NCBI GenBank assembly: GCA_023415595.1
Contig: JAEZJW010000142.1
Span: 3,573-67,572 of the forward strand
Reading direction: 5' to 3'
Length of the DNA: 64,000 nucleotides
From: Bacillota bacterium
GTDB taxonomy: Bacteria; Bacillota; Clostridia; Lachnospirales; Lachnospiraceae
A program made the position numbers and the translations under genes. The notes below the pieces were generated by a model. The model did no database searches, was not told the DNA's origin, and saw only the letters and a program-made list of their open reading frames with translations. Shown here in pieces: positions 8,203 to 18,976 of this stretch; position 1 is the first letter of the stretch, and the number at the start of each line of letters is the position of its first letter.

Positions 8203-8589
8203 AATTTGGGGCATCCGGATTGATAGTTTTAATGCCCTTATTTTCTGCCTACTTGATTTTCTTCCGGAGCATATTTAGTTTATGTTATTATTAGGGGAGA
8301 GGAATATAGTTATAAGAAATATCACCATATGGAAAAACAAATGGCAGGGCTTGAATCCATTAAGCCCTGCCATAATCATCTCCTTTTCGACTCCTTTCAT
8401 GATTTTCTTATTGTTGCCAATGCACATTTGTGCAATAATTGTACTAACAGAAACATCCATTTCAATTCGTTTGTTTATATTATAAAATAAGTTGTGTCAA
8501 AATTATATATTATATGTGCAATACGGCAGAATTATACATGAAAATTGTCATGGGCTGAAGACAGCTACCACAGGAAAGGGGGACAGCTT

Positions 8590-9252
8590 ATGCTGGGAGT
8601 TTTTGATATTATCGGTCCGATTATGATAGGTCCATCCAGTTCCCATACAGCGGGGGCGGTACGTATCGGAAAATACACCTATTCCATTATGGGGGAGAGA
8701 CCGGTTAACGCACGGATCAGCTTTTCGGGATCTTTTGCTAAGACTTACCGCGGGCACGGTACGGATAAGGCTATTATCGCAGGGCTTCTGGGTATGGATA
8801 CAGATGACAGCAGGATCTGCAGAAGCTTGGAGATTGCGAAAGAAGAAGGACTTGAATATACATTTGAAACAGTGGAGATAGACGGAGCGCATCCCAATAC
8901 GGTCGAAATTGAACTGCAAGGGGAGAGTGGCAGGAAGATTAACGTAAGAGGCTCGTCCATTGGCGGCGGCAATATTCTGATCAACAGGATCAATGGTGCC
9001 GATGTATTGATTTCAGGAAAGTCAACAGCATTGATTATCACACATCAGGATATACCGGGAATGGTCGGTAAGGTAAGCAATGTACTGGGGAACAGCGGTG
9101 TCAATATTAATAATTTTTCGTTGAGCAGAGAAGAAAAAGGTGGAACTGCAATTATGACAATTGAGATTGATGGAGAAATTGGTCCATCAATCCAGAGAAT
9201 TATTCAGGGTATTCCAAATATTTTATCTGTCAGCATCTTAAATGCGATTTAA
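8590..9252 (+). CDS. sdaAB: L-serine dehydratase, Fe-S dependent, beta subunit
   Basis: FDIIGPIMIGPSSSHTAGAVRIG, YRGHGTD, C-terminal ACT domain; ATG 8590 after GGGGGA RBS. Confidence 0.95.
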   Translation: MLGVFDIIGPIMIGPSSSHTAGAVRIGKYTYSIMGERPVNARISFSGSFAKTYRGHGTDKAIIAGLLGMDTDDSRICRSLEIAKEEGLEYTFETVEIDGAHPNTVEIELQGESGRKINVRGSSIGGGNILINRINGADVLISGKSTALIITHQDIPGMVGKVSNVLGNSGVNINNFSLSREEKGGTAIMTIEIDGEIGPSIQRIIQGIPNILSVSILNAI

Positions 9253-9318
9253 ATATAAAACCCGCAAAATTTGCCCGAGGCATACAGCCTACAGGCTTTG
9301 ATGAAAGGTTGGGTAATT

Positions 9319-10191
9319 ATGAAATACAATTCGATATCAGAGCTATGCCGGAAAGCAGAAGCTTTGAATATAAAGATCTCAGAATTGGTAGTAAAGGATC
9401 AGGCTGATCTGATGGAAAAAAGCGAAGAAGATTTAAAGCAAACCATGAAGACAATGCTTGATGTTATGAGACAAAGTACTAAGGAAGGCCTAAAACCGGG
9501 TATACGCTCTGTCAGCGGTTTATCCGGAGGCGATGCCTATAAGCTGGACCAGGCGTTAAAGAATGGTCAGTCCATCAGCGGTTCTGTTATTGGGAAAGCC
9601 TTGGTCAAAGCACTTTCTGTATCTGAGACAAATGCCTGCATGGGTAAGATTGTTGCTGCACCGACAGCCGGTAGCTGCGGAATTATTCCGGCCGTTCTTA
9701 TGACGATCGCGGAAGAGAGACAAATCGAGGACGAACAATTGGTTATGGCGTTGTTTACATCCTCAGCAATCGGTATGGTGATAGCAAACAAGGCCAGTAT
9801 TTCAGGTGCTGAAGGCGGATGTCAAGCGGAATGCGGTTCAGCCAGTGCTATGGCGGCAGCAGTATTGGTTGAGTTATGCGGTGGCACACCGGCTATGGTG
9901 GAGCATGCGGTTGCGATTGCGTTAAAAAGCAAGCTGGGACTGGTTTGTGATCCTGTGGCAGGCTTGGTGGAGATCCCCTGTATTAAGAGAAATGCAATGG
10001 GGGCGGCGAATGCTTTTGTAGCAGCGGAAATGGCCTTGGCAGGAATCGAGAGTAAAATCCCGGTGGATGAGGTCATCCATGCGATGAAGACAATCGGTGA
10101 CAGTATGTCCACTACGCTGAAGGAGACAGCTGAAGGTGGCCTTGCGGCGACACCGACAGCGAAGAAACTAATGAAAGAGGTTTTTGGATAA
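9319..10191 (+). CDS. sdaAA: L-serine dehydratase, Fe-S dependent, alpha subunit
   Basis: IVAAPTAGSCG, GAEGGCQAECG, LGLVCDPVAGLVEIPCIKRN, LKETAEGGLA. Confidence 0.95.
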   Translation: MKYNSISELCRKAEALNIKISELVVKDQADLMEKSEEDLKQTMKTMLDVMRQSTKEGLKPGIRSVSGLSGGDAYKLDQALKNGQSISGSVIGKALVKALSVSETNACMGKIVAAPTAGSCGIIPAVLMTIAEERQIEDEQLVMALFTSSAIGMVIANKASISGAEGGCQAECGSASAMAAAVLVELCGGTPAMVEHAVAIALKSKLGLVCDPVAGLVEIPCIKRNAMGAANAFVAAEMALAGIESKIPVDEVIHAMKTIGDSMSTTLKETAEGGLAATPTAKKLMKEVFG

Positions 10192-10270
10192 TCTCAACTG
10201 ATAATCCAGAACAATAACGACATTATAATCGACAACCATAGTCTACAACAGGTGAAAACGGAGGAAAGAA

Positions 10271-11488
10271 ATGAAAGCATGGAATAAGCTTGGCTTAATT
10301 CAAAGAATTCTGATTGGTATGGTAATTGGTCTTATCTTGGGACTGACAGTACCACAGTTTACGGTAATCGGTATTTTAGGTAATTTATTTGTAGGAGCAT
10401 TAAAGGCAGTGGCACCTATCCTTGTATTCTTCCTGGTAATGTCCTCTCTTGCAGGCGCTAAATCAGGAAGCGGCAGCAACATGAAGAGTGTTCTTGCGCT
10501 CTATGGTATCGGTACACTGGCGTCTGCATTCGTAGCAGTAGCAGCGAATTATTTCTTCCCTGTCAGCATTGCACTTAGCTCTGATCTGGAAGTAACAGGT
10601 GTTGAAGTAACCACTGGTATCGGAGAAGTCCTTAAGACTCTTCTGATGAATCTGGTTTCTAATCCAATTACAGCGTTATCCAGCGCTAATTATATCGGTA
10701 TCTTATCCTGGGCTGTGATTTTAGGTATTGCGTTTAAGTTTTCTAACGATGCAACGAAGAAGGTATTATCAGATATTTCAGATGCTGTTTCCAAGGTAGT
10801 AAAATGGGTAATTAACTTAGCACCCTTCGGTATTCTTGGTCTGGTATTTACAACCATCGCAGAGACAGGTATTGAAGGCTTTGCCACCTACGGTAAGCTT
10901 CTGATTGTCCTGGTAGGCTGTATGCTTGGCGTAGCATTAGTCTTAAATCCGCTCATTGTGTTCTTAACAATTAAACAGAATCCATATCCATTGGTATTCA
11001 AATGTCTTAGAGAAAGTGCGATTACAGCGTTCTTTACCAGAAGCTCTGCAGCGAATATCCCGGTAAACATGGAGCTCTGTAAAAAGCTTGGCTTAAATGA
11101 GGATGATTATTCCGTAAGTATTCCTCTCGGAGCAACTGTTAATATGGCGGGTGCTGCGATTACGATTACCACCATGTCTCTCGCAGCAGTTCATACCCTT
11201 GGTATCGCAGTTGATTTGCCGACTATGCTGATCTTAAGTATTCTGGCAAGCGTTGCGGCAGCAGGAACCTCAGGCGTTGCTGGTGGTTCACTGATGCTGA
11301 TCCCTCTGGCATGCAGTCTGTTCGGCATCTCTAATGATATTGCGATGCAGGTTGTTGGTATCGGATTTATCATCGGTGTAATCCAGGATTCCTGTGAAAC
11401 AGCTTTAAATTCTTCTACCGACGTTCTGTTTACGGCAGCAGCCGAGTTCAGAATGTGGAAGAAAGCAGGGAAAAAACTGCCCGTGTAA
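10271..11488 (+). CDS. sstT: Serine/threonine:Na+ symporter
   Basis: [53 protein letters not shown]. Confidence 0.93.
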   Translation: MKAWNKLGLIQRILIGMVIGLILGLTVPQFTVIGILGNLFVGALKAVAPILVFFLVMSSLAGAKSGSGSNMKSVLALYGIGTLASAFVAVAANYFFPVSIALSSDLEVTGVEVTTGIGEVLKTLLMNLVSNPITALSSANYIGILSWAVILGIAFKFSNDATKKVLSDISDAVSKVVKWVINLAPFGILGLVFTTIAETGIEGFATYGKLLIVLVGCMLGVALVLNPLIVFLTIKQNPYPLVFKCLRESAITAFFTRSSAANIPVNMELCKKLGLNEDDYSVSIPLGATVNMAGAAITITTMSLAAVHTLGIAVDLPTMLILSILASVAAAGTSGVAGGSLMLIPLACSLFGISNDIAMQVVGIGFIIGVIQDSCETALNSSTDVLFTAAAEFRMWKKAGKKLPV

Positions 11489-11526
11489 TAGTTAATATGG
11501 AAGAAAATAAATAGTAAGATAATGAG

Positions 11527-11559
11527 AAGGAACTGTTGAAGAATCAACAGTTCCTTTTT
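11527..11559 (+). terminator. Intrinsic terminator of the sda-sstT operon
   Basis: AAGGAACTGTTGA-4 nt-TCAACAGTTCCTT followed by T-run. Confidence 0.85.
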
Positions 11560-11610
11560 GTGTTTGGTGCTTTTGCATATCTCACAAATAGAATGCTGTA
11601 TGCCAAATTA

Positions 11611-12468
11611 TCATGCTTGATCTGCCCATAGCTCAGCTCTCAAGGACCTGGGCTGGTTTCCGTTGATATCGTTTATACTATATTCTTTGGCAACCTCGGC
11701 AGCGATCAGGACGCTGCCGGTTTTGTTATGAATCGAAGCATCCTGAGCCATGGCTGCGATACAGCGGCCGATAAAGCGGGGTGTTTCCATCTTACTGATA
11801 TCGATATTCGGGTCGTATTTCGCAGCCTCCAGCATCCCCTCCGTACTGACCGTTCCGGGATACAGGGAGAATACACTGACACCGTAATCCCCCAGGTCAT
11901 GGGCCATATCTGCGGTTAGCTTATCTGTAGCGGCTTTAAACACACCGTGGGCTGCATTAAGCCAATACCTTCTGGAACTGAAGAAGGAGATGTTGACGAT
12001 CAAGCCGCTTCTTCGATCGGACATGATTTTGGCGGCATGGCTTCCGGCCGTGAAGGAGGAGCGGAGTCCCACCCGGTAGAAATCATCGAACATGCCGACC
12101 GGCTGCGCCCAGAAGGGTTTGTTCCAGAAGTATTCCTGCATGGCATGATTTGCTCCCGCCCAGGCGTTATTCACCAGAATATCCAGTCGCCCGCATTCCT
12201 TGTATACTCTTTCAAACAGCTCCTTTACTTCCTCGTCGTTGGAATGGTCGCAGCGGACCGCATGGCCGACTCCGCCTAAGGCGTTGATTTCATTGGCTGT
12301 TTGATGGATTGTTGTTCCTTTGAAAAATCCCGGAAGTAAGTCATCCTTCTCCGTACGTCCGGTTACATAAACTGTAGCACCCTGCTCTGCGAGTCCGAGA
12401 GCCACTCCTTTTCCTATTCCTCTGCTTGCTCCTGTGACGATAGCCACTTTCCCTCTTAAATCTCCCAT
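11611..12468 (-). CDS. SDR family NAD(P)-dependent oxidoreductase
   Basis: VTGASRGIG, LDILVNNA, IVNIS; the usual YxxxK position reads HGVFK. Confidence 0.9.
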   Translation of the reverse strand: MGDLRGKVAIVTGASRGIGKGVALGLAEQGATVYVTGRTEKDDLLPGFFKGTTIHQTANEINALGGVGHAVRCDHSNDEEVKELFERVYKECGRLDILVNNAWAGANHAMQEYFWNKPFWAQPVGMFDDFYRVGLRSSFTAGSHAAKIMSDRRSGLIVNISFFSSRRYWLNAAHGVFKAATDKLTADMAHDLGDYGVSVFSLYPGTVSTEGMLEAAKYDPNIDISKMETPRFIGRCIAAMAQDASIHNKTGSVLIAAEVAKEYSINDINGNQPRSLRAELWADQA

Positions 12469-12588
12469 AATAATCAATCCTCCGATTCTGCTTCTGTACA
12501 GATGATTTATTTAGCCACTAAAAAAGCTACAATATGTTATAACCATATTGTAGCGATATTTGGATTCACTTTCATGATGTTTCTTGCT

Positions 12589-13455
12589 TTATTTTGGATT
12601 AAGGATGGGGATAAGGATACGGACCTTCTTGCTGTCACGGCTTTCAAAGATGTTGATCATACCGATGCCGTTGGAGCATACTTCAATCTCTTTGATCATA
12701 ATCCACCGGTACATATCCTCAACGAAGGTAGAGACCAGCTCAAGCATCTCTCCATAATAGGAGAAGCAGGCATACCACCCGCTGGGGATCCTTCTGATCT
12801 CCAGGCCCTCTCTGACCTCATCCTCCTCCCGCTCCGGCTTCATGCCATGGAACACGGTATACAGACCATTGTCCTCACCATGGCAGTTGACAACGGCATA
12901 CAGGTAATCCTGCTTCAGACGACCAGAATCCTCAGCGACCTTCATAAAGCGCGCACAGGTGGTGTTCAGGATCTCACTAAACCGAGGATCCTGCTCATAT
13001 ACTTCAGTGGACATACCATATAAGCTTAGGTCACTGATTTCAACATATTCTGCATTAAGAGTCAGATTCCCCTTATAATTCAGGATGGAGCGTTCGACGA
13101 TGGAGGCTATTGGCTGGTGCTGTATGGCAGGATACTCCCTTCGGTAATCCGTGGGTGAAATCCCGTAATGATTTTTGAAGGCTCTGCTGAAGACCTCGGG
13201 ATACTCAAAGCCTAAGTCGTAACTGATATCAATCACTGATTCGGACGAGTTCCTTAACAGCTCACAGGCATGGGAGAGCTTACGGCCGAGAATATATTGC
13301 TTCAAGCTCTTTCCCACAAAGACTTTAAATAACCGGCTGAAATGATATTCCGAGAAAGCAAACTGGCAGGAAAGACCCTCCAAGGTCAGCCTTGCCGTAA
13401 TATGATCTTCAATATAATTAACGACATCATTTATCTGTGATACATAAGGATTCAT
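12589..13455 (-). CDS. AraC family regulator with C-terminal GyrI-like effector domain
   Basis: N-terminal YIEDH...FSEYHFSRLFK...FSRAFKNHYGISP; start placed at ATG after GGAGGTG. Confidence 0.88.
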   Translation of the reverse strand: MNPYVSQINDVVNYIEDHITARLTLEGLSCQFAFSEYHFSRLFKVFVGKSLKQYILGRKLSHACELLRNSSESVIDISYDLGFEYPEVFSRAFKNHYGISPTDYRREYPAIQHQPIASIVERSILNYKGNLTLNAEYVEISDLSLYGMSTEVYEQDPRFSEILNTTCARFMKVAEDSGRLKQDYLYAVVNCHGEDNGLYTVFHGMKPEREEDEVREGLEIRRIPSGWYACFSYYGEMLELVSTFVEDMYRWIMIKEIEVCSNGIGMINIFESRDSKKVRILIPILNPK

Positions 13456-13745
13456 GGGATTCACCTCCGGTTCAGGGTTTTCATAACGGGCCGGGTGACT
13501 TAACTGACTAATCTTTTACAGTACAGAAAAATTATACAGTATAGGAGCTCCGGAAGGAATAATAGAATAGGCCTACTCGAACTTGTAGGCAGGTATTCGA
13601 TATGATATAATGCGGTATATACCAGTTAATGTAATATATTCCATAATATCGGCAGTATTGCAGTGCTGCAATTAATAAGCGAGCTAAAGTAAATACGATA
13701 AATATCGGGAGTATCAGCGGGGATTGAATCCCTGGGGAGGTCAGT

Positions 13746-14651
13746 ATGGAACATAAAAGCTTTTCTACCGTAGGCAGGGAGTTCTATCCGGGTTATGAGC
13801 TTAAGATCAGTTGTGGTAGGGACGCGGATTATCTTGACGGAGAGGAACTGGAGGATAGGTTTCGGATCGCTTATATTAAGGAGGGCTATGCAATATTTCG
13901 AAACGGAGATAACAGCCAGATCGTTACTAGTCCTACCGTTTTATGTCTGAATGAGAAGGATGAAGTGGAGCTCATCAGCGCGTACGACCTTAAGATGGAT
14001 ATCATGTATTTTGAACCCAGTTGCTTTGAATTGTATGTTACCTTTGCGAATATCGAGGTCTGGAAGGAATCCTTAAATAGCGATAATTGGTTTTTCAGAC
14101 CATTCTTTCGGAGATCTGAGTCCTTCCTGGGTGCCTGCCCCACGAACTATTATCTGGGTAAGCGGGTATCACAGCTCATTGAGAAAACGGATAAGGAACT
14201 AAGAGCGCAGAAGAATGACGGCTGGCCTTGCCGGAGCCGTTCCTATTTTATTGAGTTGCTTTTACTGGTAAATTCCATGTATGATGAGAACACCGACTAT
14301 GAAAATATTTATTATGGCAGGATGACCGATGAGATCAGGGAGCTGATTAATTGGCTGCATATTCACTATCTCGACAAGATCACGATAGAGACGGTTACGA
14401 AGGAGTTTCATACCAATAAGACCACCTTAAATCAGAAATTCAAATCGGTAATGGGAATGACGGTTATGGAATACATCGGCAGTCTTAGAATGCAGATTGC
14501 CTGCTCACTCTTAAGAAAGACCTATCTTTCTATCAACGAGATTATGCAGAGGGCCGGATATATCGATGATGCTCATTTTCTGCGTACCTTTAAAAAGAAT
14601 ATCGGATGCACTCCTAAGGAGTACAGGAATCAACATACGGTTCCAGAATAA
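13746..14651 (+). CDS. AraC family transcriptional regulator
   Basis: C-terminal double HTH: LRMQIACSLLRKT...GYIDDAHFLRTFKKNIGCTPKEYR. Confidence 0.9.
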   Translation: MEHKSFSTVGREFYPGYELKISCGRDADYLDGEELEDRFRIAYIKEGYAIFRNGDNSQIVTSPTVLCLNEKDEVELISAYDLKMDIMYFEPSCFELYVTFANIEVWKESLNSDNWFFRPFFRRSESFLGACPTNYYLGKRVSQLIEKTDKELRAQKNDGWPCRSRSYFIELLLLVNSMYDENTDYENIYYGRMTDEIRELINWLHIHYLDKITIETVTKEFHTNKTTLNQKFKSVMGMTVMEYIGSLRMQIACSLLRKTYLSINEIMQRAGYIDDAHFLRTFKKNIGCTPKEYRNQHTVPE

Positions 14652-14736
14652 TTTCCGATTAACAGGTTTTTATTTCTGATTATAACTCCAAAATTCTCCT
14701 CTTACCTACTACAATATAGGAAAAGGAGGAATAATT

Positions 14737-15831
14737 ATGGTTAAAAACTACTTGTTTACTAAGAAGAAAGTTTATTTATGTATTACTATAATCGCTGTAC
14801 TTACCACTGTTATTATGCTGGGGGGATGTTCCTCCGGTGATAAGTCGGATCCGGCGGCGGCAGCCGCGGAAGGCAGTACAGACGCTAATAAGGCTGAAGC
14901 ACCAACTGCTGCAGCAGTGGCTACACCCGAGGTAACACCTGAGGAAGAGGCTGGGGCTGCAAGCGAGCCTGCAGCTGCTGAAAGTACGGAGACTTTGTCA
15001 GGTGACTGGACCCTTGTTGCAGATAATACGATTAGCCATGTTATGAATATCGGCGGATATGTGAATGATCAGCTCGGCGTAACCGTTGGTTACGGTGGTG
15101 AAATTCATTATACAAACGATGGGGGCAAGACCTGGCCTAAGGCCCAGAACAGCTCCGCTTGCCGTTTCTCTTTGGATATTGTAGATGAAAACCTTATGTG
15201 GTGCGGAGGTAATGGAGGAAATGTCCGTGTCAGTAAGGATGGGGGCAAAACCTGGAGTGCTGTTACAGATATTAATTTAGGAGGAATGCACTCCGGTATC
15301 GAATTCCTGGACGATACGACAGGATGGATTACAACCTCGAATAAGCTTGCTGCAACCAAGGATGGGGGTAAGACCTGGACAGAGCTGTCCCCTCCCGAGG
15401 AAGCAAAGGGAATTGGAGCTGTATGCTTAAGGACTCCCGAGGACGGCTACCTGTTAAGCAATAACGGATTGTTCTTTACAACCAACGATGGGGGGACAAC
15501 CTGGACAAAGCATGACCTTAGCTTTGCCCAGTATGGCCTGATAGCAGATATGAAGGGAACACCGGGATTATTTAAGAACAATGTGGCCCTGGCAGATATC
15601 AGCTTTACGGACGAGAATAACGGAATCATGGTCTTTGCGGGAACGAAACCGGGAGAAGGTAATATCACCTGGTGCCTGACGACATCGGATGGAGGTAGTA
15701 CCTGGGAATCAGAGCTCTTTCCAACAGTTGAGGATTATAGTGTGACTAAGGTATTTCTTTCAAGTGATGGAAAATACCTTACGTTCGGTAATAACGTAAA
15801 CCGTATTATGGTTTATAAACATAACAAATAA
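14737..15831 (+). CDS. Lipoprotein with Asp-box (BNR) beta-propeller repeats
   Basis: Lipobox LGGC, Ala/Glu/Pro-rich linker, five [ST]xDGGxTW motifs. Confidence 0.85.
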   Translation: MVKNYLFTKKKVYLCITIIAVLTTVIMLGGCSSGDKSDPAAAAAEGSTDANKAEAPTAAAVATPEVTPEEEAGAASEPAAAESTETLSGDWTLVADNTISHVMNIGGYVNDQLGVTVGYGGEIHYTNDGGKTWPKAQNSSACRFSLDIVDENLMWCGGNGGNVRVSKDGGKTWSAVTDINLGGMHSGIEFLDDTTGWITTSNKLAATKDGGKTWTELSPPEEAKGIGAVCLRTPEDGYLLSNNGLFFTTNDGGTTWTKHDLSFAQYGLIADMKGTPGLFKNNVALADISFTDENNGIMVFAGTKPGEGNITWCLTTSDGGSTWESELFPTVEDYSVTKVFLSSDGKYLTFGNNVNRIMVYKHNK

Positions 15832-15843
15832 TTAAGGTAAATC

Positions 15844-15869
15844 GGCAGCGATCAAATCGCTGCCTTTTT
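15844..15869 (+). terminator. Intrinsic terminator
   Basis: GGCAGCGAT-CAA-ATCGCTGCC followed by T-run. Confidence 0.8.
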
Positions 15870-16148
15870 ATGGAAAGAAAAAGGCTTTTTTATAAAAAAC
15901 TGTATAATAAATAGTAAAAATTACAATACCGACGATGAGATTATGGTAAATTAAGGATAACCCATATATAATCGAATCAAAACTCTACGGAGCATTTGTT
16001 GTGACAAGAAAGAGGCTAGTAACTAAGGCAGCAGGCAGACAAAAGAATGGTGTATCTCGAAGCAGGAGGAGGTTCTCAGATATAGGGACTATCTTACTCC
16101 TGCTTTTCCACAGTGAGATCTTTAATATTTGAAAGGAATTTGGTAATC

Positions 16149-17735
16149 ATGAAAAAAATATTCGTTTTATTATTAATTGTAATGCTGATTTCAGCAGCCG
16201 TGGTTATTATTGTAAAAGTATCTTCTAGTAATAGGATCAAAGACGACCAAAGTACTCTAAAAGTTCAAGATTATTGGCCTACCGATGGCTGGCGCAGCTC
16301 TGCTCCGGAAGAGCAAGGCATGGATTCAGGGATACTGGCAGATATGCTGAATTCGGTCAAGGAAAGCGGAAAAAGTATCAATAGCATAACGATCATACGT
16401 AACGGGTATCTGGTGAATGAAGCTTACTTCTATCCCTATCAGAAGGGCATGAAGCATTTCATGAACTCCGGTACCAAGAGTATCGTTTCTGCCTTAGTTG
16501 GTATGGCTATTGATGAGGGATATATTAATGGAGCTGAGGATAAGGTCCTGGATTATTTTCCGGAAATGGAGATAGCACACATAGATGAGCGCAAGAAGGC
16601 TTTGGAAGTGAAGGATCTGTTATCCATGACTACAGGACTGGAGTGGGAGTTTAACAATAATGCTTCGACGAATGAAATGCTGCAGAGTCCGGACTGGACT
16701 CAGTTTACGCTGAACCGGCCGATGCGGGAGGAACCGGGAAATACCTTTAATTACTGCAATGGCGCTCCGCATCTTCTATCCGCGATCCTTCAAAGAAAAA
16801 CAGGTAAAAGTATGGCGGATTATGCAGCAGATAAATTCAAGCAGATGGGCATAACGGATATCTTCTGGAACTCAAGTCCCGAAAATGTTACTACCGGATA
16901 TACGGGGTTATATATGCATCCGGATGATGCAGCAAAAATCGGTTACTTGTACCTAAACAAAGGAAACTGGGACGGAAAACAGCTAATCTCCGAAAGCTGG
17001 ATAGAGGCTTCAACAAAACAGACAATTCAGGCTGACTGGAACCCTATTCTGCCAGGCTATGGCTACCTATGGTGGATCCCCCGGTTTGGTGGATATGCAG
17101 CCTTCGGTCAGGGCGGTGATTATATCTTTGTTGTTCCTGAGCTCAACCTGGTTGTTGTATTTACCGGTGGAATTTATAATGTTAATGATATATTTTATCC
17201 CGCTGATTTAATGGAACAATTCATCATACCGGCAGTGAAAGCCGAGGCTCCTCTTCCCTCCGACCCGACAGCCTTGGAAGCTCTTAATAATATAACAGAT
17301 GTTATCCAAGAAGCGCCTGCATCGAAAGACACAGCTGCTCTGCCTGAGATTGCCGGTAGGATTTCCGGGAAGACCTACGCAATGGACAATTCCGCTCAAT
17401 TATCATTGGAGTTTACCGATAACCGGGAATGCAGCCTATACCTGAATTCTGAGCTTATTTTTATTGCGGGTCTGGACCAGGTCTATCGTATCGTTGAGTC
17501 TGGTAATATAGCCACTAGTTTGGTACAATCTCTGTTTGGAGGGATACCAAAGCCGAATCATATTGCAGCAAAAGGCAGCTGGCTTAATGATAATACGCTT
17601 CAGATCGATATCCGCTGTCCGGAGGAAGGACTGGAAGTAGTATACACCTTTGATTTTAATGGTGATGAGCTGGAGTTAAAAGACAGCTCCAATCTGTATT
17701 CTGAAATGACCGTAGCCGGTAAAATAATGAAGTAG
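16149..17735 (+). CDS. Membrane-anchored serine hydrolase (beta-lactamase/AmpC-like family)
   Basis: SGTK (SxxK), YCN (YxN), LLSMTTG, YGYLWW; N-terminal TM segment. Confidence 0.88.
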   Translation: MKKIFVLLLIVMLISAAVVIIVKVSSSNRIKDDQSTLKVQDYWPTDGWRSSAPEEQGMDSGILADMLNSVKESGKSINSITIIRNGYLVNEAYFYPYQKGMKHFMNSGTKSIVSALVGMAIDEGYINGAEDKVLDYFPEMEIAHIDERKKALEVKDLLSMTTGLEWEFNNNASTNEMLQSPDWTQFTLNRPMREEPGNTFNYCNGAPHLLSAILQRKTGKSMADYAADKFKQMGITDIFWNSSPENVTTGYTGLYMHPDDAAKIGYLYLNKGNWDGKQLISESWIEASTKQTIQADWNPILPGYGYLWWIPRFGGYAAFGQGGDYIFVVPELNLVVVFTGGIYNVNDIFYPADLMEQFIIPAVKAEAPLPSDPTALEALNNITDVIQEAPASKDTAALPEIAGRISGKTYAMDNSAQLSLEFTDNRECSLYLNSELIFIAGLDQVYRIVESGNIATSLVQSLFGGIPKPNHIAAKGSWLNDNTLQIDIRCPEEGLEVVYTFDFNGDELELKDSSNLYSEMTVAGKIMK

Positions 17736-17880
17736 CCATCACATCAATTGACAAAATTCCACTTACTGTGCTATCCTAAAATATCGTTTCGTTAATTATT
17801 TGTCGAATGAAGGGAGATTCCTAGGAATCGTCCTATCGGTTATTAACGAATAATGGGTAAAATAGACTTAATTAGGAGGC

Positions 17881-18825
17881 ATGACTTTGAATACCTTGCA
17901 CTTTAAATATGCCATTGAAGTTGAACGTACCAGATCCATTACCCAGGCAGCAGAGAATCTATTCATGGCGCAGCCGAATCTTAGTAAAGCGATCAAGGAA
18001 CTGGAAGATAACCTGGGCTTTCCGATTTTTGAAAGGACCTCAAAAGGGGTGGTACCTACCACAAAAGGGACAGAGTTCCTGATCTATGCCAGAAACGTCC
18101 TGGTTGAGCTCGATAAGATGGAATCCTTATCAAGCTCCAATGATGAGGAGATACAGATTATCAATATATCAATTCCGAGGGGAAGCTATATTGCAAGCGG
18201 AGTCACAAAGCTGATTTCTGAATTGGATTTTGATAAGGGAATCCATGTAAATGTTCAGGAAACAAATTCGATGCAATCCATCAATAATATCATAGAGGGT
18301 TCTTACAATTTAGGCATTATACGATACCAGACGATCTATGAGAATTATTTCCTGGACTATCTGAGAGATAAACAGTTATGCTATGATACGATATGGGAAT
18401 TTGACTGTTTGGTGTTGATGTCAAATAGGCATCCACTCGCGGAAACAGAAGAAGTAAAAGCGAAGGAGCTTGGCAAGTATATCGAGATCGTACATGGAGA
18501 TACCGTCGTACCGTACTTATCGACGAATGAATCAAAGAAAGAGGACAAAAAGGACCATACCACTAAGAAAATATATGTCTACGAGCGCTGCAGCCAGTTC
18601 GATCTGTTAACTACCATCCCCTATACCTATATGTGGATCTCCCCTATTCCGGAAAGCCTGTTAGGAAGGTATCAGCTGGTACAGAGAAAGTGCTCCGGAG
18701 TCACCCGTAGATTCAAGGATCTGCTGATTTGCCCGAAGGGATATAAGTTTTCGGCCTTGGATAAGAAATTAATCGATAAATTATATGAAGCAAAGAATGA
18801 CGTGGCATTTAAAGAGTATCTATAA
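17881..18825 (+). CDS. LysR family transcriptional regulator
   Basis: SITQAAENLFMAQPNLSKAIKELEDNLGFPIFERT HTH; AGGAGG RBS. Confidence 0.93.
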   Translation: MTLNTLHFKYAIEVERTRSITQAAENLFMAQPNLSKAIKELEDNLGFPIFERTSKGVVPTTKGTEFLIYARNVLVELDKMESLSSSNDEEIQIINISIPRGSYIASGVTKLISELDFDKGIHVNVQETNSMQSINNIIEGSYNLGIIRYQTIYENYFLDYLRDKQLCYDTIWEFDCLVLMSNRHPLAETEEVKAKELGKYIEIVHGDTVVPYLSTNESKKEDKKDHTTKKIYVYERCSQFDLLTTIPYTYMWISPIPESLLGRYQLVQRKCSGVTRRFKDLLICPKGYKFSALDKKLIDKLYEAKNDVAFKEYL

Positions 18826-18947
18826 GAAACGGGATATATCGATAATGCAATACCGATATGCCCTTTTTATATTACCACCCGGCAAGAACCTATGCTACGA
18901 TAGGCTCTGACAACAGAACCTCAAATGTTGCACACAAAACAAATGAT

Positions 18948-18976
18948 ACAGCCGCTGCGAAAGTAGCGGCTGTTTT
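18948..18976 (+). terminator. Intrinsic terminator
   Basis: ACAGCCGCTGC-GAAA-GTAGCGGCTGT followed by T-run. Confidence 0.8.

Noticed and set aside
8275..8485. Two short ORFs (61 and 67 aa) in the nucleotidase-sdaAB gap
   Set aside because: Both run through a terminator-like hairpin and have no protein-like motifs.
12502..13023. 173-aa plus-strand ORF
   Set aside because: Antisense shadow of the AraC/GyrI gene.
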